DNA from: Tubiluchus corallicola
Taxonomy: Eukaryota; Animalia; Priapulida
Assembly: GCA_030141605.1 (NCBI GenBank)
Contig: JAQGDQ010000554.1
Location: forward strand, 1 to 64,000
Direction of reading: 5' to 3'
DNA: 64,000 nucleotides
The notes below the pieces were generated by a model. The model saw nothing but the letters and a program-made list of their open reading frames with translations. It ran no database searches and had not been told where the DNA came from. How positions within the stretch are numbered: position 1 is the first letter of the stretch; each line of letters starts with the position of its first letter. The translations under genes were made by a program, and so were the position numbers. Below, in pieces: positions 26,580 through 41,200 of the stretch.

Positions 26580-28085
26580 TAGAATGTTTGTAATTGTGCT
26601 AGCAGCCTTTGCTATTTTGCTACTTTTGCTTGGACAAAACTGTCACTAGTGCAGTCTTATTTATGCGCTATTATAGTTGTTGTAATCTTCCATTTCATTT
26701 TTATAATGTGATAAGGTGAATCAGAAATGCCACAGATGGCTATTGAAGAGATGTGTTTGACGACTAAAATAAATTACCTTGTTCTTTGTTGCAGTGTGGA
26801 ATAAAAATAAGCCCAAACATCCGAAACAGTTATTCATTATAATGAGCATATAACATTATCCTAGAATAATGTGGTTCAGTTTTTTTGCACCTACTTTTCT
26901 GGTGACTTTAAGATGAGACTTGCATGTCAATGGAGACTTGCATGTTTATCTGGAGACAATTACGTTATTTCTTTCACGATTTTAATAGCATTTTTAGCTG
27001 CACTTCAAGTCAAGTTTACTTTATTTCAGGAAGGGTCTTTTCAAATACTTATACATAGATCTGTCAATAACTCAGGATCAATAATTAAAGAATTTTAAGC
27101 TGTTTGGTCTGCTCCATCTATTTGTATTTAGGATGGCAAGTCCTGGTGTAATATATCAACGTGTAATATGTATTTGAATCTGGGTCTGTTACCGTTAAGT
27201 TTTATTATCAATATTGACTTACGTCTTGCAGTTTTAGCAAAAAGTATGAACACGAGTTGTTGCTTTTCTGTTTTATTAACTACTATGTTATGTGTACTAT
27301 GAAATTTTATTATTGTCGATGTCAGTGGTGAAGTGTACAAAGTATTTTAAGCATGCATTAAACACAGTGTGTTTTAGTTTTCTTTAAATTGAGCAAGCAA
27401 AATTATAAGCTTAGGAGTAGACTACTGTGCAGAAGTTGAATCTTGTCAACTGTGGTTTGTTACGTATTAATAGTTTTAAAACTGCCAGTACAGCCTTTTT
27501 TGAAAACCATTGAGTTTGTTGATGTCACTTCAAAGCTTAAGGTTGTGAAGATTGTAACAGCTTTGCACCATCAAGGCTCAATAGTGATTATGGTTTTTAG
27601 TTTGGTTGCTCTACCTCTCTTGTTTATCATTGTTTTTAACCCTTTGTGGTAATAAACTTGTTTTATGCAAAAGATATTTGTTGTTTTTGAGCATTGTAAA
27701 TTTTGCACTGCTTCATTAATGATTGATTACTTTATTACAAAATTATGTTCCAGTGGGGTATTGTAAGAAAAGTTTATATGAACAAATTATTCTATTAACT
27801 ATGAACACGCATAATATAACAACAGTCAAAGTATAAATTAATGTCATAAAACCATAAATCCTGGTTGCTGTTAAATTTCTAAGATGGCAAAGATGGACTT
27901 TACAAACCTAAAGAGCATGTGTGACTTGTTTTATGTACAAATACATGTAAACTGCTTTTAAGCCGTGTACTCTGTTTAAAACTTCATTAATTGAATCTTA
28001 GTGAACTGTGTATCTGTTTACCTGCAGTACTGGTAAAAATAATAAATTCCAATCACATTGGTGAAACACTAACAACAAAACATCT

Positions 28086-28190
28086 GTTATTATTATTATT
28101 ATTACTCCTGCTATTATTATTATTATTTTTATTATTAGTAGTATTAATATTGTTGTTATTATTACTACTGCTATAATAAAAATTATTATT
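28086..28190. repeat. Degenerate (TAT)n low-complexity tract
   Basis: Direct reading; gives the spurious poly-Leu ORF 27991-28176. Confidence 0.85.
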
Positions 28191-29269
28191 AAAACAACTA
28201 AATTACTCTGATTTACTCAACTACGATACCAAATGCTAAAGTAGCAGAAGTCAAAAAGTTTGTTTACTACAAAAAAGGGTAGGGCTATTGCTTAAGCGTG
28301 CTTGCGTGAAATGTGTTCTTCTACTGCTAAAGAATTTAGAGTAACTTCTGACTTAGTAACTTAAGGGTAATTAAGGGTATGGATATCGCTAAATATCAGT
28401 TCGTTGAAACTTTTATCGTTGCTTGCACTTTATTTTGCTTTAGTGAATAAAGAAAGCCTTACCAAGTAGGAACTTTCTCATTAATTTCTACTCTAGTTAG
28501 CATGATGCTGAAAACTTGTGTGTTTATGAAAATAATTTTTATTATTTGCTTTCTATGCCATAAACGAGTTTGTGTAATTTGTTTAGTGATTTCTTATGTG
28601 CTTTATTAATTTATGGGTTAGTCTGTGTTGTTATTTTGTGTTTGTTGCGTTTGGGTTATTAACATATACTAGTTACTACATAAAACTTTTAAAAGTACAT
28701 TACGTGATTAGCTCTAAATGCCTATGTCTTAGGCCTACGTGCGTTACGATGCTTATTTGTGTTTGACTGTATTATCATAATGATAATGTTCATTGCATTA
28801 TTTGCTCTGCCATTAATTGCTTATTGTCTTTGCTGATTATGGTGTTTGGCTCATTGAGTTATTATTGGCTGATTTCCATATGTTTATTAGAGTAATATTT
28901 TATGCTTATTCAACTTGTTTATTGCAAGTTACTGACTTAGTGGCTTTCTCTGTTTGTTAAGTGCTTGTTACTTATTATGTTTGTCTATTTTATTGTATAT
29001 CATTTTTTACTTTATATTTTTAAATTTCAATTTTTCAATTAAATTCAGTTTTACTTTCTTAACATGAGTTAAAATATTAATTGTTATGTAAGAATTTCAA
29101 CGTAACTAAGAAGTAGGGGTGAACATTGAACGACTGTATATTATATAAAGGAGAGTGCTCTAGTTACATAGATCTAATTACTAGTGCTTTTGTAAATTAG
29201 TAACATTGTTAAAAAGCCACCAGTAGATTTGTCAGTACAACGATTTCGCTCTGATTGTTGTTTCTAGCC

Positions 29270-32200
29270 ATGCTAAGACTCTCATTACTGACGTCGCGTT
29301 CAGTTTCCTGCTTTGTAAATTACACAGAACAGCTGATGTCCTACAGTTTTCCCAGAGCAAATGTCTGCATGCAGCAGATTCGCGCCATGTCAACTTCAAA
29401 AAATGACCATCGGTCAAAGTACAAGGCGGTGATATTTGACATGGGAGGAGTGATGCTTCCTCAGCCTCAACGGTATTTTAAAGGTACATGTATCGTCATC
29501 ATCATTCAGGCTGAGTTCGACTTTTGGTGATACATTTTTATTTATATAAAACATGGTGATATAATTAAAAGGTTAATGATGTTTACAGCATAAATTACAA
29601 GAACTATTAAAGTGAATTTCTCTTTACTGTTGTGCATAATGAACTTACATTAATGTGATCACAATGATTTTTTATAATTTGGCAGAATTTGAGGAAAGAC
29701 ATGGACTTCCAAATGGCTTTATAGAAATGGTCATCATGGCTAAAGGTGACGGAGGGTCTTTCCGACAACTCGAAAGAGGGGAAATTAATTTACAGGAATT
29801 CATGCCATTATTCGACAAGGAATGTTCGGAAATGGTAAGTCTAGGATACCTGGCTGAATGTAGTATCTGGTTTGGTATGCTTGAAGAACTTGTTTCTCTT
29901 TAAATTGCCTGGTTTGCATATCACCTTTTGTCTCTCAAGAAAATAAAACATGGTTAAACAATTTAGCATCCGTTATTGAAAATATCAATACATCAAAAAT
30001 TATAGCAGATTCATGGGTGGTAAAGTTTTATTCTTTCTTACAAAAAACAAAAAACAGATATTTCAAAGTCCGTTATCACGGTTTTCATCATCAGTGTTAC
30101 GTAGGCAATATTGCAAGCCTAGAAATGGTAGATAGAAGAAAAAGCCCTAACAAAAATACAGAAAAAGTGCCCTCCCTACTACCAGCATCATCGCCCCAAT
30201 GACCCCAAAAATCCCAACGACCAATTACATTAATCGAAGAGCATTATACACATAAATAATAATTTAACTGATATATCTAACCGTGTTTTTTGTTTTTTTT
30301 TGTAAGAAAGAATAAAAGTTTACCATCCATGAATCCATCTATGATTTTTGTCGTGTTGAAAAAGTGTCTCTTTAATTAATACAGACTTGTTTTCGTTATT
30401 GTAATTTACACACGCGTGTTATTGAAGAAAAACTGCAGCATTCAGTGAATTTACCGTTGTTTGATTGCATTTATTTCACACCTGTTTTCTTTCATTTCAT
30501 TTATAACTTGGTTTGCAAGTATTAAAAAAAGCTAAATATTTTTGCCTAGTACTTTGGACATAGTTGACAAGTTTCATGTGCATTGCTGTACTAACATAGT
30601 TACAGTTTAGATTTAGATTTATTTATTCATCCATTTAGTACAATACAACAAAATACAAGTTACATAATTACAAATTCACAATGCATTGCAGTACTATGAG
30701 CGTCGCAGAAGAAATTAACTTATGAGCTACGCTCATCATGGATAAGACATAAACAACAATAAAAAATACGTTAAATGGAGCGAAGATAAGCTCACAATTG
30801 ATGCAGCAGCTGGATTCTGGCTATGTCTATCGTATAAATACTTTGAATGGTTTTGGACTGGGTTAGTATCCAGGCATGTGTTTATACATTGCAAAGATAG
30901 TTGCAAATACATTGGGTGGGGCTTAATAGACTCACAATGGATGGAAATGTTTTCAATTGTTGTCATCCATTTCTATTAGTCGAATGAATCTATTAGCCAA
31001 CAGATGTAATATTACTAGTATAGAAGTATGAGTCATTACTGCTCACTTTAGTGCTGAAGTGTATGCTCTACTCAAAGTTAAGCCAATGTTATTAGTTGCT
31101 CTGTGATGTTTATGCTTGTAAAGTCACAAAAAATAATGGCAATTTATTGTCGATGCATCGCCATAACAGCAACAGTTAACTGACTAACCGTTTTGTGAAA
31201 AGTAGCAAGAGCTGCAAAAGGAAACAGCTAACAACGAGGTTAATTGCAGCAGATGAGTGGGTGAGAGATTCAAAAGCAAAACTGCTGTGCTGATGTATTA
31301 ATGCATGACAAACGAAACTGTACTTAATAAGATTGTTTCTACTTAAATGTTAGTGTATAAAGGTGACGTAAAAGTAGTAAAAGCTCTTTCGTAATGCACA
31401 ATTCTTATTTTATTTTATTCACTTATTTATTTTAAGTATGTGAAGGAAAAATATTGAGTCAATAATTTGGAGCCATTTGCATCAATTGTTGACAGGTTTT
31501 ATATACATTTGAATAGGAGTGGCTTGTACAAACGTTTTTGAGTCAATTACGCGACATTATATGAACCGTGAGTCCGTAAATGGCACCTGCTGTAGCAAAA
31601 TTGATTGTGAGTTATATAGAAAAACAAAATTTTTCTTTGTAACTATACAAGTGGAAGGTGGATGAGCATGTAGATAGAAAAAAATTTACATTGATAGTCA
31701 TTTCTTTCCTTGTTTACAGTTTGGCAAGGAGGTAAACGTTTCTGTTGTGATGGCCCAATTGGAAGAAAACAGACATCGAGAGCCTCGTCCTGAGATGGTC
31801 GACGCTGTACAGTGCATACGAGCTCAGGGACTGAAAACTGCCTTACTTACTAATAATTGGTTCTATAAAGACAGAGAAGCTTATATACCAATAGACCAGA
31901 GTTTATTTGATGTGGTGAGTAAGGAAAGTGTGTACTGTGTACTAATGTAGGGTACATAATAATGATCTCCAGATTATACTGGGCCGTTCTGTCCACAGGA
32001 GGTTGGCTAGGTATTGTGATTTTCTTGGCTATCATATTGAAGGCTTTAAAATGGCACCTGCTATGTTTATGTAAAGCACGCAAAATTAATTGTGTCCATC
32101 CATGTTGCCTGTGTGGTCTTGCACCTCAGGTGGTGGTGGTGGTATAGTTGTACTTTAGTAAACATCACAGAAATCATTTTCCTTCAGGACGTTTGCAAGA

Positions 32201-35200
32201 ACTTGTAGAATGGCCTTCATGGTTTACATGTTCAATTATGCCCTTGTCTCATCGTGAAAGAGAGATTTTGTTGAAATCATAATTTTACACTCCTTCAGTG
32301 GTTCATTGTTGAACACCTAACCCGGGTAACTAACAATTAGATTTAGCAAATTAGTCCTGTACACATATTTTTCAGCTGTTGTAATGAGTACTGTGACTTT
32401 GATAAAATTGCTTGCAGTGAATTACACACAAGCTATTGTCCTTATTAGCATAATTACATTTCTAGGTTGTACAGTCTTGCTTAGTTGGTGTGTGCAAACC
32501 TAATCCACAGATTTACCATCACACACTAGATCTACTAGATGTTAAGCCATCTGAGGCTGTATTTTTGGATGACATTGGTCAAAACTTGAAACCAGCTGCA
32601 CAATTGGGCATACATACAATAAAAGTAATGTCAGTTTCTACTGTTTAGTTCAGTTGCATTTTTTGAGTAGATGTCACCATACTAAAAGTTGAAGGAATTA
32701 TCCCAGCATATTAATGAAATGAGTAATAATCTACTATATTTTTTTCATACGAAATTTTTATCGAGAGAAATTAGGTGATGTGGTTCTTTTAAGTTATGAT
32801 GGGCAAAAATTTGTGACTTTTAAGTATTACACGTGTTTTGATGATAAATGCAAATTGAAGAAACTAAATTTTTATATATATAAATTATCTGTTCATTTCA
32901 TATTTATAATAATTTTTAAAATTGTGAGATTTTTCTCTAATTATTGCTTTCAGGTTGAGATTTGCTTAATTTCAAATGTTTACACTAAATTCCTTTAAAG
33001 AGTAGGTGTCTGGATAAATTGGTCAGTGCATGAATGAATGAATCAATCAATCAACAGCTGAACAAATGAGCGAACATATATACGTATCTGTATGCGAATT
33101 TTGCAGTATATTGATACTTATTTAATGATTTTAAGAACAACTATTCTTTTGATGTGCTTCATGCCTTCCTTGTTAAAAAAATGTAAGAAGTGCTTATTGA
33201 TCTTTACAAGGTTTTATGTTTTCAAATTTGTAGAAATATAGCTGCAGTTTGTGTAGACTGTACACATTTGCTGACATCAGCTTTGTTGTTTCATGCTATC
33301 CATAGTGTGAATCATTTTGTTGAAGCACTTAGAATTTTTTTGCCTATCATTTTATGCATATTACTTTATTTTTAAAGACTCAATGTGTTTAACATGGTTA
33401 TACATCTTAATTGTTTAGGTGCTTAATCCGACTCAAGCATTGTCTGCTTTATCGGAATTACTTGATTTTTCACTGAGCGGTTATTTTCGTGATACAGTGG
33501 CAATTAGACGACACCATCAGATTGATTTAGATAAACTTTTGTCCTATCTGCGAAATGTTCATCACATGTCAACAGATGGTATAGTATACTTTTGTAGACC
33601 CTTGTTTCATTGTGAAGACATATTTTGCTGAAGTTCTAATTTTACACTCCTTTAATGGCAAAATGTTGTTAGCACAGCAATTGTTTGCTTAAGAATGCAA
33701 AAATAGAGTTTGTTCGATTTTGAAGAGAAGACGCTTGCCAAACTTTTTTGAGAAGATTTTCAAAACTATTTTAAGAAATGCAATCAAATTATGTGGCCTT
33801 AACCCAATGATAGATTTTCATATATGGAGCTGTGGTCGAGTCAGAATTAATAACATAAAGATTTATTTGAAATCAGTAATTTATTGAAGGAGGAATTACT
33901 AGTATAAGAATTCAGACCTGTTCTTCCACATGAGTTGGTAGGCCAATTGGGGGAGCATCTTCTTTGTAAGTGGGAGGTTAATCATTCGAATCTTGGTCGA
34001 TTTGCAATTTTTAGTACCTTCCTCCATTTAGTTAATTAAGTGAAGTATTACATAGTATTGGTGGACATTTTAAAAACCTAAAGCTTTGTGTTGAAAGTTC
34101 ACTGTTTCTGAGTGTTTTTGGTTGAGTGACAAATTATCTTTTTTTTAATCAAAGGCCTAGTACCCAAATGAAATACAGCAAAAAGTCCCATTAACTGACT
34201 TTAGTAACTAATACTGTTACTGTTGGATTTCAGTTTCTGCTTTAGATAAAGCTATATCTTGCATTATGTTTAATCTGTTTTATATGTGAATTTTAATCTT
34301 GTCTTGAAGAGCAAAAATCTGATCTTTCAGTCCTAATTTCATAAATTTTGGTTGTCATACTTGTAGTTATATCTACCACTTTCTTGGTTTTTATAGATAT
34401 AATTAGATATGGATTAGATATAATCTAGCATAAGTGTATGTATTTCGTTCTTTTTTCCATTCAAGTTTGTTCTTAGAATAATTACGTTGTGGATGATTTG
34501 TCAATAAGGTTTTGGCAGTTTTGATTTTTAATAATTGAGTGATTTAGTCAGATTTTTACTCATTTATTTGATGCAGGACCTGTAAATTTACGGCAGTTTG
34601 CTCACGGTCAGTCTAATCCTACATATCTACTATCTTGTGGTGGGAAGAACTATGTGCTAAGGAAGAAACCGGTATGCTTTTTAGCCACTAATTTACAAAC
34701 AAGATCAGCATTAGATTTGCTAGTTATAAATTTCAATGGCTAAGGGCTCAGTTGTTTTTCTATATAGTTCTATTTTGTTCTGTTTGGCGGCCATTAATAT
34801 TTAATCATAATAGCCTAGCATATTTTCAAAATTTATTCACCATTCTGTTCATAGAAATTTCCGGCATTTCATAGAAATAGCTACAACTATGCTAATTAGC
34901 CATTTTATGTTATAGGTGTTACTAATTTATTTTTGTCGAAGATAATGCATACGATTATGTTATTTAGCCATTTTCTGTTACATATGTTACAAAGTTATTT
35001 TTGCCAAATATACCCAGATTTCTTTCCTTTCTAGCCAGGAAAGCTGTTGCCATCAGCTCATGCAATAGAAAGAGAGTTTCGCATCATGACAGCCGTGGGA
35101 AATCAGGGTGTGCCAGTGCCAAAATGCCATTTTCTCTGTGAAGATAATACGTATGTCCATTTCTTATGTTGATACTTTGTTGTACATCCATTTTTAATGA

Positions 35201-38200
35201 TGGCACCAACCAACAATTAGTTAAATTTGAAGCCGAACTTGTAAATAATGTGAAATGTAAAAAGTTGGAACAGCCAGTTTAAACAAGGGATGTTCTGCAT
35301 TCAAGGCAGATGCCATGATCACTAGACTATCATGTCCTCTGCAATAATGACAGCCCAAACTCATCTCTTATAGCTGGCCAACCAATTCAGCATTTCTAAT
35401 GTTAAGTTGTTTATGCTAGAGCGATTCTAACTATTCAGATTGTTTTTTAATTTTGGTTAATTTTGAGTGCAAAAGTCATGCCTGGTGAGCACATTTCAAA
35501 TCCAGGCTGTGTTCCATTTTTTCATATTTTGTGTTTCAAGTTTAGCTTCATCATTAACTGTGTTTGTACCATCATTAATAATTACCTGGATATTAAATTT
35601 ATAAATTATTAATTAATCAATTTTTAATGTCCACAGGTTAGTCAAAATGACTAGCACAATGGTTTTTTAATCATACTTAAATATGTGCTCAATGAAAATG
35701 TACGTCTGCATATATGGTGGTTTATATTCAGTGTGATAGGCACACCATTCTATCTTATGGACTACGTTCCTGGCCGATTGTTCAAGGATCCATTTCTTCC
35801 TGACATGACACCAGAGGAACGTGGCGCCATCTATTCCGCAGTGTGCGACGTTCTGGCCATGATTCATCGGGTAGACATTCAGCGAGCGGGTCTAGAAGAT
35901 TTTGGCAAATCGGGTATGCAGGTGGTTATGTATTTTGTTTTTCTGTTAAGTTAAGTTACTGGTGTTTTACTATGTGAAATATGACAGCATTTGTGGTATG
36001 AAGCGCTATTTGGAAAAAGGTAGTGTGCAGTGAAGACTGCTTCTGCCTCAATTTATAAAATAACTCTATTTAGCTATAATATTGCAATATTTACCTATCA
36101 AGTGAAAGGACGGGTAAAATCATGCAGGTTGCTGCTATATACAGCTACGAATATCTTCTATTTCTTGCATGGATTAGCATCCTGAATGGTCATTTTATCT
36201 TTCGTAGTTGTATTTGGTTTAATGAGAACTACTTGAAATGCTGCTCAACTTTTTTTAATAAAAACTACTTGAAATGTTGCTCAACTTTTTTTCATGAGAA
36301 TTACTTGAAATGTTGCTCAATTTTTTTAATGAGAACTACTTGAAATGTTGCTCAACTTTTCTTCAAGAGAACTACTTGAAATGTTGCTCAACTTTTTTAA
36401 TGAGAACTACTTGAAATGTTGCTCAACTTTTTTAATGAAAACTACTTGAAATGTTGCTCAACTTTTTTAATGAGAACTACTTGAAATGTTGCTCAACTTT
36501 TTTAATGAGAACTACTTGAAATGTTGCTTAACTTTTCTTCAAGAGAACTACTTGAAATATTGCTCAACTTTTTTTAATGAGAACTACTTGAAATGTTGCT
36601 CAACTTTTTTTCATGAGAACTACTTGAAATGTTGCTCAACTTTTTTGATGAAAACTACTTGAAATGTTGCTCGACTTTTTAATGAAAACTACTTGAAATG
36701 TTGCTCAACTTTCTTTTTAATGAAAACTACTTGAAATGTTGCTCGACTTTTTAATGAAAACTACTTGAAATGTTGCTCAACTTTTTTAATGAAAACTACT
36801 TGAAATGTTGCTCGACTTTTAATGAAAACTACTTGAAATGTTGCTGAACTTTTTTAACGAGAACTACTCGAAATGTTGCTCAACTTTTTTATGTTAGATT
36901 ATAATTTAATTTATTATATTACAGATTACTTCTAATTGGAAATGGCTACAGAAGTGGTCGAAACATTTTTGGATTTTTAGTAAAATGATGTTATTTGAAT
37001 AGGAACCGGAGTTCATTAACAGATTAACCATCAAGTATAGCTACAAAACATAAATGTGAATGTTACTACTATCACCAAGTTTATAATGTACACATTTATC
37101 TGTGGTATTGTTATTAAATACCATAAATACCATAATACCATATTGTTATTAAGTACAATGACAGTGACAATGTACTCTTACAGTTACAGTTATTGTTTGT
37201 CTAGGTTCTTACTGGACTCGGCAGTTAAACACCTGGACACGACAGTTTGAAGCAAGCAAAACACATGAGGTGCCGGAAATGAATGACCTCATTTCCTGGC
37301 TGAGGTCAAATCTTCCAGAAAAGGAAGCCCGTGGAGTTGTGCATGGCGATTTCAGGTACGGCTTCAAATTTTGCAGGCTTTGTTTAATAGTGAATCTGAT
37401 TATCTGGATTTTATTTCTGAATAATCTGATTTTTGGTCAATCTGTACAAGATTTTGCTCGACGAGTTTTGTTTGGCATCTCAGCTAGTTCAGGAGATAAA
37501 ATCTTTTATAGATTTAAAACATATTTTCATTTAGGACAAAAAATTCATCAACGACAGCCATGTGCAGTAACTGGAAATGACAAAATTGTATTGTATTGTA
37601 TTGTATTGTATTGTATTACATTACATTATATTATGTTTATATTAAATAAATTTCTGACAATCCAGCCCGCTTGACTTGTATAATCAACTTAGAGAGCTGT
37701 CTGAATTCTCAAGGGTTGTTACATAAGTATATGGATAGGTTTACTGAAAAGCAAGTTGTAATCTACAGAATTGCTTTGTAGAAGAACTAAAAACAAAATT
37801 AAGATGTCATTAAAGAAATTTGCGTCAATTTATTAGATCGCATTAAGCGAAATTTAGCTACAGTAATGCGTGAAATAAAATTGTAGATCAATGTGAGATC
37901 ACAATTAAAAATAGGCAAAAATTAAACAATGGATTGAAAAGAAAAAGCTCACTTTTATCTATCTATTAGCTAGTATCAGGTCTCTACCATTAATAATATA
38001 TTAATTATTACAGTCGTCAAGCGTTAGTGTTACTTAAAGCTAAATACATCATCTTGAAATTTTGGTGTGTTGCCTACATGCTGTCTTATTGCACGTAGAG
38101 CTTGCATAAGCAGCAACTCTATATAAAACCTGTAAATTTAACCTCCCATGGTAACCATTAGGCACAGTCATTTTAACAGTAAGTCTAAGTGGTTTGAAAT

Positions 38201-41200
38201 AAGTTTAGATAACATTGCACGTAGGTAAAAAAATAATCAGAGCATTTGTAGCGCACACTTCGCTACTCTAATTAAGCAAAAGCATAAATAATAACACGTA
38301 TTTTTGGCAAGTCAGTGACATATTTTGGTGCACGTTGGAATAGTGAAACAGGGATTTTTTTTCCTTTTACCAGGTGCCACAAGCATTTTAAATTATTAAG
38401 AATTTTCTTTTTCAGTTAGATATGTTTTTTCAAACCTGCAAGCTTATTGCAAAGTAACATAACTTTGAATGGAAGGTTTTTATGCAAACTTTAAAATTTT
38501 CTTTTCTTCCCCTCTAAACAACATAATTACATATATTTACATACTAGGTAAACAATATTACTATGGTACTTTAGTGCAATCTTTTTACATTGCTGTCTTC
38601 TGTTAAATCTCTGAAACCATTTAGTATTACCACAGATTGGACAATCTTATCTTCCACCCATCTAAACCGGAAGTTGTGGCAGTTTTAGACTGGGAACTAT
38701 CGACTTTGGGCGATCCGCTTGCTGATCTTGTCAATTGTTGCATTGTGTACCATTCCACTCCAGATTCCCCGCTTCTTATTGGTAGGTAACAAAATTGCTG
38801 TCATTTTGTGTTTGTACATATTATCTTAGAACTCAATGTAAGTTATTGTTCTTGTTTCTTCTAGAAACGTTTCCAGACAAGAACGTAATGTCAGTCTTTT
38901 GTATGTTATTTTATTTGCTTATACATTTTTATATATAATATGTTTTTTGTTTGTCTAATTATCAGCTACTAATTATTTTTGATGAGCAAGCAATTCGTAG
39001 CATGTTCTTCTACCATTTATCTTAATGTTTTGCAAGATTAGAATATGGAAAACTCCAGTACACTGTGATTGTCAGAAGCAGGTAGTTTTTCATTTTGATT
39101 ATTAACAGAATAAACCATTGTGGTTACCTAGTTTGTTGTGGCTAAGTGAAGAATGAACGTTTGGAAAGTTTAAGAATTGGTGAAAAACCAGGTATTTTTC
39201 GAAGCCGTTTCACCGATTCACATTTCTTATTTGGTATTAGTCAAATGGCTGGAGCCGAGGTTAAGGTTTTTTCATCCTAGTCTTTTGTTTAATAATATTG
39301 CAGAACTTCTGTAATTAATTAACAATTCTAAGAAGAGGCTTTCGGTGTAGTGTGGCATTGATGCATTGGCTAGGCAGTGAAAACTGGAAGGCATTTGGTC
39401 TGAGTGAGTGGCTAGTACAACAATTTCAAAAAAATTTACTTCACAGCAAAGTACACCGCTACCAGGAAATGGTATCATTCCAGTTAGTAAAGTAAAAGAA
39501 AAGAAGAGCAAATTTGTCATTAACCTGTAATTAAGCAAAATATGTAATTAATCACTCTGAGATTATTTTTTACAGGTTTTGGCGACGCAAACTTACCTGA
39601 GTTGGGAATACCGTCCGAAAGTGAGTTCTTGGACATGTATTGCAGGCGAATGGGTTTACCGCCAATAGAAACTTGGAACTTCTGCCTGGCTAACCTGTTC
39701 TTCAGATTTGCAGCTATAACACAGGGCATTTACAAACGTGCTTTGCAAGGTACATAATGAATGTTGTACACTTATTCAAATCTTTCTGTATTTTTTTTAA
39801 ATTGTTTTTGTTCTCTTTCTGCTTGTTCTCATTTTTACAATTTCATTAGTATATGTTTGAGGAATATATTAAATCGAGGGTGTTTGTTCATCTGCATCTT
39901 ACATACTGTGAATTTTTTATGTTTGAAATATTAATAATGCTGTATAACTGTGTATATGGCTTATGAAAATAGGCAGTAACACAATTGTTTCTGGATGTCT
40001 TGTCAAATGTGCATCATATCATTAGGATCATTCACGTATATATCATCTTTATTCGCATATGAATTCAAGAATTACGTGGTACACGTGAAAATTTAAAACT
40101 ACAAAAAGTGTTTACAACAAAAACATGTGCACTCAATAAAAAAAAATAAAAAATACGTTTAGAGAAGAACATATATTGATCTGTTGATTTTTTGTACGGT
40201 TTGCATGCTTTGAGCCACTTCCCAGCATTTATTAATAGAGGCTACTATTGGTTCTAAATGGATGTGGCGGGACTGGAACATGACTATTTACTAATAATAA
40301 TTCTATAAAATGAAATACTTGACCTCCAAGAGATGTCTTATGTAAACATACACATTCCAAAATGCACACAGCCTTCATTGAGAGGTAATAGCCAGTGATA
40401 TCACAAAATAACCGGCAGTCATCTGTTAATTTACTAACCGTGCCCAGTGCTGACTAACTTTCATAGCAAACACACTCTGTCACAAATTAGCTTCTCCTCT
40501 GCGGAATTGCTTTCCGAATAGTAGTGTTTACTATTTACAGTTAAGTCAGCAGAATGTTTGAAATTTCTTTCAAGTATAAGTTGATTTGAGTTTAATGTGT
40601 TTTGAATGACAACCCAAGTTTCGTATTTGTGCTGTCTTAAGTGCTACCATGTTCAGAAGCTCTTTCACACAGTAGATGGTGTTATTTGTTTGCTTTGTAC
40701 TTTGAACTTCTAATGTTGTCTCATCACAGTCTGGGCAAAAACTGAATAGCTCATGCCGGTGCCCTGGTGTTGTTATGCTGTATTTATTGTGCTGATAGCA
40801 TAGAAGTTAAGGTGGTTGGGTATAAATTTGTGTGAATCTATGCAGATTTATGTATGTGTTGAAACATTTACATTGTATGTACACTTACATACTTACATAC
40901 TAAACTTTTATATTACCATCATATCGTTTGGATCATTCACGTATATATCATCTTTATTAGCACATGAATTCAAGAATTACGTGATACAGTTCTTTTGTTT
41001 CGAGACTTACAAAGATGCCTATATTTAGTTTTACTGATAAATATTCGTTATCCACTATTGTGTGATACTTTGCTATAGTAGTTAATTTATTTCCACTACT
41101 GCAGTGCAAAGTTGAAGGTCTTTCCTGTAATTGAGTTGCGCATTTTGGTTAGGAACTTAGGATAACCCTTGCTTATGTACAAAGGTTCTGTCTGGGTATA

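Noticed and set aside
33930-34005. tRNA-like sequence (similar ones near 1195-1255, 2835-2890 and 19375-19430)
   Set aside because: A/B-box-like remnants without a consistent cloverleaf; more likely decayed SINE heads than tRNA genes.
36221-36890. CRISPR-like array (35-bp repeats)
   Set aside because: Repeats are directly adjacent with no unique spacers, lie in a eukaryotic intron and have no cas genes nearby; it is a minisatellite.
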